Shown here one piece after another: positions 7,958 to 15,113 of a stretch of 64,000 nucleotides of DNA. Positions within the stretch are counted from its first letter, which is position 1, and each line of letters opens with the position of its first letter. The translations under genes were made by a program, and so were the position numbers. The DNA comes from a virus (lineage: Duplodnaviria > Caudoviricetes): positions 128,001 to 192,000 of the IMG/VR virus record IMGVR_UViG_3300037424_000485. One strand, written 5' to 3'. Below the pieces are notes generated by a model. That model did not search any database, was not told where the DNA came from, and worked only from the letters and a program-made list of their open reading frames with translations.

Positions 7958-8098
7958 TTATTTACCTTGACCTCTTGACTTCTTTTTCTTAGCACTCTTG
8001 CTCTTGAGGTTGGTATTTTCACTATTACCGATTGAAGTTTTCTTCTTACGGCTAATATCTGATTTTTTTGTTGTTGATGCTGTCTTCGTCTTTGCCAT
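7958..8098 (-). CDS. 46-aa basic protein ending RGQGK (not in ORF track)
   Basis: MAKTKTASTTKKSDISRKKKTSIGNS...KKKKSRGQGK*; AAGGGA RBS. Confidence 0.6.
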   Translation of the reverse strand: MAKTKTASTTKKSDISRKKKTSIGNSENTNLKSKSAKKKKSRGQGK

Positions 8099-8169
8099 TT
8101 TAATTCCCTTATTATAACGTTAAATTAATAGTATATTTTACTTCTGACTTTGTGTCAACTTATATTTAC

Positions 8170-8500
8170 CATATATATAATATACCACACTGTTAGCCTT
8201 CGCTATTGAGCAGGGTATCAGCTTCATCCCGCTCGTCAACCGACAAATGGCTGTAATGGTTCCAGCCGGAGTAGGTATTAAACCAATGACACATCCAGGT
8301 TTTCCCTTGGCACCGCATACAGGATCTTGCATCAACTCCGTCACAGGTCGGACAGCCTTTTTCCAGATATGGAATACAACTATAATTTCTTAGCTACTTT
8401 ATCAACACTTCTCAGGAACCACCCTGTCAGTTTATATCAATTTTGCCAACGGTAACTTACTAGATTCAACTGGTTAGGTGTCCTCTCTCAGTAACCTTAA
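8170..8500 (-). ncRNA. candidate large structured ncRNA
   Basis: Many helices: CAGG/CCTG, GACAG/CTGTC, TTCCA/TGGAA, CGGAGT/ACTCCG, GAAA-capped hairpin, GGCTG/CAGCC, GAGC/GCTC, TAGC-GAAG-GCTA; GC-rich relative to the genome. Confidence 0.6.
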
Positions 8501-8504
8501 ATTT

Positions 8505-8587
8505 GTGAATAGGGTTGGAGTCTAACCAACTAACCTAATTACGGATTTAGGTAAATCTACATGTTATCCTAAGGTTCATGTAATCAC
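8505..8587 (-). pseudogene. tRNA relic with a shrunken anticodon loop
   Basis: Acceptor GTGATTA/TATTCAC, CATG/CATG D stem, GATTT-ACCT-AAATC, T arm GTTGG-TTAGACT-CCAAC; no CCA. Confidence 0.4.
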
Positions 8588-8597
8588 TATATTCTTT

Positions 8598-8684
8598 TGG
8601 AAGAAGATGGAGGTATCGCGCCCCTACGTTTTACCGTACCCTAGGGTTCAAGCCTAGTTTGTAATAACTTTTACGGCACCTTCC
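8598..8684 (-). tRNA. tRNA-Ser(TGA)
   Basis: CTAGG-CT TGA AC-CCTAG arm, long variable arm, CCA end. Confidence 0.8.
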
Positions 8685-8769
8685 TAACAATCAATTAAAG
8701 GACACGAATATTATCTACCCTTCGTTATTTAAGATTAGTCGGTTGGCAGACTAATCTCCTAAAAACTTC

Positions 8770-8847
8770 TGGTGCGCCTGATAGGAATCGAACCCATGCA
8801 AATCCCAACTCTTCAGGATGGTGCTCTTCCAACTGAGCTACAGACGC
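8770..8847 (-). tRNA. tRNA-Phe(GAA)
   Basis: GCTCAGTTGGAAGAGC D arm, CT GAA GA loop, TTCGATT, CCA end. Confidence 0.8.
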
Positions 8848-9014
8848 ATATACTTTAAAAACAGAATGTAGGAATCGAACCTACCAATTCGGGATCATAC
8901 CCCGATATAAACCAATAATCCAACTTATTTAAAATATTAACTAGTATCAATATTAAATGTTGGTGGTCACTAGTGTACTAGCATGTTACCATAACATCTT
9001 TTCTGCTTTAATTC

Positions 9015-9104
9015 TGGTGGGGGCGCATAGAATCGAACTATCCCGGCAGCCACCTACTTTGTTTTACCGAATGGTTTTACAGACCACTTGTAGGAAACGA
9101 CCCC
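9015..9104 (-). tRNA. atypical tRNA-Tyr(GTA) lacking a D arm
   Basis: GTGGT-CT GTA AA-ACCAT arm, T arm ATAG-TTCGATT-CTAT, ACCA end; CCTAC pairs with GTAGG in the variable region. Confidence 0.6.
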
Positions 9105-9118
9105 ATAATCTTTAAAAA

Positions 9119-9236
9119 TGGAATAATAAGAAGTCCATAGAGTCTCCCAACTCTAATTCGCACCTGGGAGAAGATACCGATCTAACCGACTAAGCCCTAT
9201 TCGTAGGGAATTATCTTCAGACCTCTTCTTATATCC
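9119..9236 (-). ncRNA. candidate CCA-ended branched ncRNA
   Basis: Terminal stem GGATATAAGAAG/CTTCTTATTATTCC-A, internal GAAGATA/TATCTTC, CCCTA-CGAA-TAGGG, TCCCA/TGGGA. Confidence 0.5.
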
Positions 9237-9436
9237 AAAAAGCTATATAGTGGTATAGCCAATTGATGAAATTGTTCACCTCACTATACAATTTAATTCA
9301 AAATTATTTGGCTTTTGTTCTCAGAAGTACCATAACTCCTACAACTGGATTATCCAGAAGATTTTAATTAGTTATTCCGTCAACTACCATGTATCATTAA
9401 ATTCTTTATCTACTATACTTTAACTATTTTATAATG

Positions 9437-9703
9437 TCAAGCTATAATTTTACATTTATCATCAGGATATATATAAATTATATGATCCTTATTAACCATC
9501 AATATCTCAGCAGTTATATCATCATTTTTTACATTTGTCAGTATAATAAATTGTTTATTATACGAGTTGAGCCAATCACTTAACCTAGCTCCTTTTTTTA
9601 CATTAACACAGGCACAAAACTCATTCTCTATATTAGTAATCTTAACAGATACTGATATCATATCGACTGTATTTTTCTCATAATCTATAATATTAGCCAT
9701 CAT
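9437..9703 (-). CDS. hypothetical protein
   Basis: ORF; RLSDWLN...FIILTNV...VNKDHI pattern of a small beta-rich bacterial family. Confidence 0.65.
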   Translation of the reverse strand: MMANIIDYEKNTVDMISVSVKITNIENEFCACVNVKKGARLSDWLNSYNKQFIILTNVKNDDITAEILMVNKDHIIYIYPDDKCKIIA

Positions 9704-9756
9704 CTACCTATTTTGTTAATGATATCAACTTTTTTTAAAAAAATTTAAAATAAATA

Positions 9757-9795
9757 AGATGCCCATTCTAATCGTCATCAAAATGGGCATCTTTT
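9757..9795. terminator. intrinsic terminator-like hairpin
   Basis: AAGATGCCCATT...AATGGGCATCTTTT. Confidence 0.55.
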
Positions 9796-9847
9796 GTGTA
9801 TAATCCAGGATACAAAAATCTATTGTTTTATATCCAACACCATGCCT

Positions 9848-10004
9848 TGATGCACCGTCCTCTAACGCTGTGAGGTATTATGCGGTATCATCACTTTTAT
9901 GTCTAGAAGCCTTCTATATCGTGTGATCATCACTCACACATGGGGAATACCCATAATTTTGGCGACCACCTAGTTTCCCGATATGAATATAGTTTCTATG
10001 ACAT
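9848..10004 (-). ncRNA. candidate two-domain structured ncRNA
   Basis: ATGTC(A)TAGAA/TTCTAGACAT, ATATCG/CGATAT, ATGGG/CCCAT, TGTGA/TCACA; second domain TGATG/CATCA, ACCG/CGGT, CCTC/GAGG. Confidence 0.55.
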
Positions 10005-10053
10005 TTTTACTACTAGTATAGTACATTATTTGTTTATTCTCTTATTATATTAT

Positions 10054-10082
10054 ATTATATAATAAGTAGTCAGAGGTGTCTA
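10054..10082 (-). promoter_or_regulatory. sigma70-like promoter upstream of the ncRNA
   Basis: TAGACA-17 nt-TATAAT. Confidence 0.55.
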
Positions 10083-10157
10083 GACATAATCTACTCCTTA
10101 TTGGTTGAATATGGATTTAGGGTTTCTTCTCAACATCTTCTGCAACTCTATAATTAC

Positions 10158-10186
10158 ATCTTACTCTATTTGATTTAGGATGTCAA
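10158..10186 (-). promoter_or_regulatory. sigma70-like promoter
   Basis: TTGACA-17 nt-TAAGAT preceded by an A-tract (UP-like). Confidence 0.55.
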
Positions 10187-10191
10187 CTTTT

Positions 10192-10614
10192 TTATAGTTT
10201 AGATCCGCAAATCTTACAAAAACCTTTTCCATTATCCGCAATCGGTCTTTTGCACTTGACACAGTTAGTCTTAATCACTCGTTCTGGTGTCTTTTTTACC
10301 TTCTCAACAACTACAGGCTCGACTACAGGCTCAACTACAGGCTCGACTACAGGCTCAACTACAGGCTCGACTACAGGCTCAACTACAGGCTCGACTACAG
10401 GCTCGACTACAGGCTCAACTACAGGCTCAACTACAGGCTCAACTACAGGCTCGATATATTTCTTCTTAGAAGATTTCTTTTTCTTCTTAGAAGATTTATC
10501 AACATCCATTTCTTCTACTCTACCAACAACAATATCCATTTCTTCAATATCAACTGTTGTGTTATTCTCAAGGCCGAGATTATTCTCATCCTCTTCTTTT
10601 TTATACCATGTCAT
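10192..10614 (-). CDS. acidic/basic protein with (EPVV)12 and C-terminal CxxC-CxxC
   Basis: ORF with AGGAGG RBS and TATAAATA upstream. Confidence 0.75.
   Translation of the reverse strand: MTWYKKEEDENNLGLENNTTVDIEEMDIVVGRVEEMDVDKSSKKKKKSSKKKYIEPVVEPVVEPVVEPVVEPVVEPVVEPVVEPVVEPVVEPVVEPVVEPVVVEKVKKTPERVIKTNCVKCKRPIADNGKGFCKICGSKL
10309..10452. repeat. 12-bp tandem repeat x12 (RACTACAGGCTC)
   Basis: Counted directly; encodes EPVV. Confidence 0.95.
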
Positions 10615-10647
10615 AATTTTTTCCTCCTATAGATAAAATACTACTAT

Positions 10648-10655
10648 TATTTATA
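10648..10655 (-). promoter_or_regulatory. T4-type late promoter TATAAATA
   Basis: Exact octamer upstream of the RBS; same octamer upstream of genes at 13629-36, 19245-52, 37641-48, 45645-64, 49804-11, 55617-24, 61741-48; gp55 homologue in window. Confidence 0.65.
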
Positions 10656-10768
10656 AGAGAGTGAAAATTATTATATCAACTTTTCTTTAAATCTTTCATG
10701 ATCCCAATGTCTATATATCTACATAATCAAGAAAAAGAACTTCAATAACAATCACCTTTATTTTTAAC

Positions 10769-10844
10769 TGGAAGCCGGGGAGGGGATAGAACCCTCAACA
10801 CTCAGGTTCAAAACCTGATGCTCTACCAATTGAACTACCCGGCT
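10769..10844 (-). tRNA. tRNA-Gln(TTG)
   Basis: TCAGG-TT TTG AA-CCTGA arm, CCA end. Confidence 0.85.
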
Positions 10845-11028
10845 ATTTTTTATACTTCTCCACTAAACTATCAGCATGGTCTAAAGAAGCATATTCACCA
10901 CAAAGACATATACCAACTGAGTGATCACATCCTTCACCAGATCCCTCATGGTATAATTTTATAATTTCCATAAGATCTTCAATACACTCCACAAGCTCAT
11001 GCTGTATTTTATTCTTATTCATATTCAT
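10843..11028 (-). CDS. hypothetical protein
   Basis: ORF with GAGG RBS; CDHSVGICLC. Confidence 0.55.
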   Translation of the reverse strand: MNMNKNKIQHELVECIEDLMEIIKLYHEGSGEGCDHSVGICLCGEYASLDHADSLVEKYKK

Positions 11029-11154
11029 AACACCTCACATTACATTTTAAATAAGTCTTCCGGCACTATGGATATGCCCATATAAGCCATAACTTCTGAT
11101 ATATTATTTACTATATGGTATTTAATATCATATTCAATCATGCCATCCAACACC

Positions 11155-11343
11155 CTACACCCTACCATAATATCTACAATATATTAATTTTTTATCCAAA
11201 CTTAATATCAGATAAGGTGAATCTGAGGTATGTGATATATTAGTATCCTCGAACCGCCATCTAAAACCAATCTTAAACAATTCTTTTTGAATATATACAG
11301 ACTGCATTTCACAGTGTATAGGTATAGCTAAATTATTTATCAT
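11155..11343 (-). CDS. hypothetical protein
   Basis: ORF; TTGACT promoter-like motif upstream. Confidence 0.5.
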   Translation of the reverse strand: MINNLAIPIHCEMQSVYIQKELFKIGFRWRFEDTNISHTSDSPYLILSLDKKLIYCRYYGRV

Positions 11344-11386
11344 ATCTGATAATATACAACTATTTTAAATATAGTCAAGAAAAAAA

Positions 11387-11420
11387 TAAAAGGGTTGGAA
11401 GAAAACTCCATAACCCTTTT
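11387..11420. terminator. terminator downstream of the SSB gene
   Basis: AAAAGGGTT...AACCCTTTT inverted repeat. Confidence 0.6.
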
Positions 11421-11447
11421 AAACAACATAATTAAAACAATAAGATA

Positions 11448-12428
11448 TTATCCAAGCATTTTATCTAGCTCATCAAGAATATCATCATCATCACCAGCAT
11501 CACCAGCATCACCAGCATCACCAGCATCATCATCTTCCTTAATCTCTGCTTTCTTCTCTGCTTTCTTTTTCTCTTGTTTAGGAGGATCAAAATTTACATC
11601 ATCCTTCTCTTCTTTTTCTACCTTAGCTGAAAATCTTTTATTAAATTCATTTTCAACATCATCCCATACCATCTCTTCTCTGAGAAGTTTTTTATGCTCA
11701 TCTGGTGAAAGCTCAAGACTCTTAATATATTCCTCAAGAGATATACGAGATGCCATAAGCTCTTCAAGCTCTTTGTCAGAACCTGCAATAGAAGACGGTT
11801 TACGTGCAAACATAGAAGGAGTATAGTCAGGCCATACCTTTTGATTTGCATCTGGTTTCTTAGCTTCTATTTTTAACAAGAAGTTAAAACCATCTTCTTC
11901 TGGACTAAAAATTAACTGACCGTATCCGTTTTTCTTATCTGTAATTTCAGATTTGAACATCTTCTCAACTGTGGGTGGAAATTCATATAGTCTAACAGTT
12001 TTATTTACTTTACGGGCATCATCTGTCTGTTCTGTATCTCTGGGATCATTAAGAATGAATACGTTAGATACATACTTTTGCTTGCGTTTGTAATCGTTTC
12101 CTTTTTTCTTATCAGAGGCGGTTCCTTTATACAGAATCTGTGCAATCTGACACCATGGGCAATAACAATCTAAACCATGTGTTTTTGGACAAAGAAAGAA
12201 CATCCATTTTTCCCCAACTAGGAACATATGATAGAAATAGCCTTTATAACCACTACCGTCTGTATCAGGAAGAAGTCTGAATTCATACTCTTTTGGTTTT
12301 CCTACACTACCCATTGTAGGTGAGATCCACTTCTTATAAAAGGTTTGGTTCTCGGTGCTTGAATCTTGTTCTGTTGATTTTTGTTCATCCCATTGTTTAA
12401 ATTTTTTGTTGTCTAGCCATTTACTCAT
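11448..12428 (-). CDS. gp32: T4 gp32-like single-stranded DNA-binding protein
   Basis: FRLLP, HMF...CPKTHG..CYCPWC zinc site, KRKQKYVSNVFILNDP, acidic C-terminal tail with (DAG)4. Confidence 0.85.
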   Translation of the reverse strand: MSKWLDNKKFKQWDEQKSTEQDSSTENQTFYKKWISPTMGSVGKPKEYEFRLLPDTDGSGYKGYFYHMFLVGEKWMFFLCPKTHGLDCYCPWCQIAQILYKGTASDKKKGNDYKRKQKYVSNVFILNDPRDTEQTDDARKVNKTVRLYEFPPTVEKMFKSEITDKKNGYGQLIFSPEEDGFNFLLKIEAKKPDANQKVWPDYTPSMFARKPSSIAGSDKELEELMASRISLEEYIKSLELSPDEHKKLLREEMVWDDVENEFNKRFSAKVEKEEKDDVNFDPPKQEKKKAEKKAEIKEDDDAGDAGDAGDAGDDDDILDELDKMLG

Positions 12429-12711
12429 TTTTACTACCTCTAATGTCTTTACTGTTGTTCTACTGTATTATACTGTAGGTTTGCTATCTAATCACAATAC
12501 TATTAATGCAATCAATAACATATATATTATAACCTATTATAGTATGGATGTAAATCAACCCATACTACATAGATCATTTATTTCTTGTGGGTATTTGTCT
12601 TTATCAGGATCTTCTATAAAAGGAATATCATACCTCTCACCAGATTCATAACATTGAAGAATTCTAATGCTATCTCTTCTAATCCATCTGAATTATGTCT
12701 GTTATGCCCTC

Positions 12712-12909
12712 TTAAACTTCCGCATGGTTTCGGCAAGTATCGTTATCATACTCATTTAATTCTTTATCCTGATATTCTTCTTTCTTCTTCTCTTTCTCAA
12801 GAAGCGATTCGCCATCACCATACAACATTTGTTCTCTAACTTTCTCTTTCTTACCGTTAGGCTTCTCTAAATAATCGCCTTTACTAATTTTAGTAGCTTG
12901 TTCGTTCAT
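12712..12909 (-). CDS. hypothetical protein
   Basis: ORF with AGGA RBS. Confidence 0.5.
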   Translation of the reverse strand: MNEQATKISKGDYLEKPNGKKEKVREQMLYGDGESLLEKEKKKEEYQDKELNEYDNDTCRNHAEV

Positions 12910-12919
12910 GGTATTTTCC

Positions 12920-13324
12920 TTAATCTTTAATTCCTGCTTCTTTTTCCATTTTTATAAGTCTAGTATAATAGTCAGGAATCTCACAGAGATGGTCAGTAGC
13001 AATTCTTTCAGATAATATTTTACTTGAAGTATGCTCCATCTCTACTTTTATACCCATAGCTAATTCTTTTTGATCAACATCTTTACTTGTTTTGTTCTTC
13101 TCATTCGCTCTACCATATCCCAAAAAAGATCCAAGCAAAAAGTATATTTGCTCTTCAAATTCATGAGTATTATATTTTAAATTATCGGCAAGGGCATGAA
13201 TATCTTTTTCATCTGATGGATTTGGGTTTTTTTTAAAAAGATCTATTATCTTAGGAACCACACTCATATCTTGCTTTTCTTCTCTATCTTCAAGCAAATA
13301 TTTAATAAATTTATTTTCACTCAT
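12920..13324 (-). CDS. hypothetical protein of a common phage family (GIKVEMEH...IATDHLCEIPDYYTRL), probably late
   Basis: Start refined to MSENKFIKYLLE after AGGAG; TATAAATA at 13629-36 upstream of the operon. Confidence 0.75.
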   Translation of the reverse strand: MSENKFIKYLLEDREEKQDMSVVPKIIDLFKKNPNPSDEKDIHALADNLKYNTHEFEEQIYFLLGSFLGYGRANEKNKTSKDVDQKELAMGIKVEMEHTSSKILSERIATDHLCEIPDYYTRLIKMEKEAGIKD

Positions 13325-13346
13325 AGTTATATTCTCCTGCTGGCAT

Positions 13347-13574
13347 TCAAATAACTGTACAGTATTCGCCAAGTTTTTCTTTCATACAGTGTTGGCAAAT
13401 ATCTATGTATATTTCGGAACCATCTCCAAATACAGATGAGTACCCACCGACCTGGGAAAAGCTAAAAGCCTCTTGTGCTTCCATCTCGTCTTCCATTAGG
13501 TCACGCTTACACACAGAGCAAGTCCATTCTGTAAGTTTCCGTTCTTTAACTTTTACAATCCCATATTTTCTCAT
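13347..13574 (-). CDS. small CxxC protein
   Basis: CSVCKRD...DICQHCMKEKLG. Confidence 0.7.
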   Translation of the reverse strand: MRKYGIVKVKERKLTEWTCSVCKRDLMEDEMEAQEAFSFSQVGGYSSVFGDGSEIYIDICQHCMKEKLGEYCTVI

Positions 13575-13644
13575 TTTAGTTTTCCTTTATCGGGTCGTAT
13601 TACCGCTCCGTTATTAAGACTTCAACTATATTTATATAAATTTA

Positions 13645-13821
13645 CTATTTTTCCCACCTCTTAACATACCAATAGATGTAGTTTTCAAAACCAGAGAAAC
13701 ACCATTTAAATATCTTATATCTTCTGGTATTGAAATTTGTTGACCATGACTTAGGAACATAATCTAGTAAAACCCATCCTAACCACCAAAAAAATATATC
13801 TAATATAGTTGGTTCTTTCAT
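13645..13821 (-). CDS. 58-aa Trp-rich hypothetical protein (not in ORF track)
   Basis: MKEPTILDIFFWWLGW...KRWEK*; ATGA overlap with the upstream ORF. Confidence 0.5.
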   Translation of the reverse strand: MKEPTILDIFFWWLGWVLLDYVPKSWSTNFNTRRYKIFKWCFSGFENYIYWYVKRWEK

Positions 13822-14072
13822 AGGTCAAATAACTCCCTCTTAAATTCTTGTATATATCCTGTATCATACGATCCACACAACCCCCAATGGACACAGTTTT
13901 TACCAATTTTAGAGTGTACCGCTAAAACCTTGAACATCACATCACCAATCATCCTCAATTCTCCCGATTTAATACCATTTTCATATGATATTATAATGGT
14001 TCCTATATATCCATACCAGTTATATTCAACATCATCAACAGATGCTTTAAGATTGGTCGCATGTATTCTCAT
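13818..14072 (-). CDS. hypothetical protein
   Basis: ORF in operon-like array. Confidence 0.55.
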   Translation of the reverse strand: MRIHATNLKASVDDVEYNWYGYIGTIIISYENGIKSGELRMIGDVMFKVLAVHSKIGKNCVHWGLCGSYDTGYIQEFKRELFDL

Positions 14073-14271
14073 ATCTCTCCAACATCAATTTAACACCATC
14101 TGTAATAATCTCGCCTACTTCTTTTTCAATATCATCGATAGTAATATCCGTATCTTTTATATCTTCTTCATTATGGAGTATATTTAAAGTAATGCCATTA
14201 TCTGTACATTCAATATCTGACAGTTCCACATAAATTCCACATTTTTCTAAATACACTTTTGTTTTATTCAT
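14047..14271 (-). CDS. hypothetical protein
   Basis: ORF with ATGA overlap. Confidence 0.55.
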   Translation of the reverse strand: MNKTKVYLEKCGIYVELSDIECTDNGITLNILHNEEDIKDTDITIDDIEKEVGEIITDGVKLMLERYENTCDQS

Positions 14272-14888
14272 ATCATACTCTCTGCTTTCTCAATGAATTT
14301 TTTAATATCGAGCATCTCATCTACCAACTCTCTATAGTTCTGTATAAATACAGTGATATTACCACGTTCAGTATCTGTCAATTTTAGATATCTCTTAACC
14401 ATCAAGAAAGCCATTGTTAGGTTATCTAGCTTGCCTTTAATATAATCCTGATATGCTATATGACTATTACCATCTTTAAGCTTGCAATATGTCTCTAGTT
14501 TGTTATACCCGTTGATAGTTGACCTATCTTCCATATATTTTTTTATATGTTTCATAGATTCAATAACGGTTTCTTTAGATATCCTCATTTTTCTCATATG
14601 GACGGTGGCTTTTCTTTTATACATCTCCATAACGCGAGGATCTTGAAATTGATGATATGAAAAGTTCTTCCATAACTCAAAACCAGTCTGCATATATTTG
14701 TTTAGATCTATATTATGCCACTTGGTATTGAAATTGTTAACTATAGCATCTAAATATACCCTATTACTGGCAGACATTTTAGTTTCCTTAAATGTCTGCC
14801 AGTCCTTTGGTGGTCGGAATCCTTTACCTTTTGCTATAGATTGAGCGTTTCTAAATGCAATATAGACGTTCCAATCGTCCAATGTCAA
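14268..14888 (-). CDS. possible gp59-like helicase loader (tentative)
   Basis: About 200 aa, helical, VY..F......KGFR.PKDW N-terminus; near gp32 as in T4; similarity is weak. Confidence 0.35.
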   Translation of the reverse strand: MTLDDWNVYIAFRNAQSIAKGKGFRPPKDWQTFKETKMSASNRVYLDAIVNNFNTKWHNIDLNKYMQTGFELWKNFSYHQFQDPRVMEMYKRKATVHMRKMRISKETVIESMKHIKKYMEDRSTINGYNKLETYCKLKDGNSHIAYQDYIKGKLDNLTMAFLMVKRYLKLTDTERGNITVFIQNYRELVDEMLDIKKFIEKAESMI

Positions 14889-15085
14889 TACCCACTAATT
14901 TTTCGATAGGTTTTATTACACCACCTAATCTCTTTTACATCTGTTTTGAACTTCTTATTAATGTCCTTTCTAACCTCTGACATCTTACCATAGAACTGCG
15001 ACCTATACTGTTTACCATCAACAATAAGCCAATCAAAAACTCTTACGTAATGATCATCAGTTAATACTATTTCCCCTGCATACAT
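14885..15085 (-). CDS. hypothetical protein
   Basis: ORF with ATGA overlap. Confidence 0.55.
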   Translation of the reverse strand: MYAGEIVLTDDHYVRVFDWLIVDGKQYRSQFYGKMSEVRKDINKKFKTDVKEIRWCNKTYRKISGY

Positions 15086-15113
15086 GTTTTATTACCTTTT
15101 TTAAGGTTTAATC

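Noticed and set aside
7825-8022. Track ORF of 65 aa
   Set aside because: Overlaps tRNA-Lys and a better 46-aa ORF in another frame; treated as a shadow.
8138-8344. Track ORF of 68 aa
   Set aside because: No RBS and lies within the structured RNA candidate; likely an artefact of locally higher GC.
10309-10452. CRISPR-like array
   Set aside because: Contiguous 12-bp units with no spacers; in-frame coding repeat (EPVV).
12575-12700. Open frame FRWIRRDSIRILQCYESGERYDIP... upstream of gp32
   Set aside because: No start codon or RBS; could be a gene remnant but support is insufficient.
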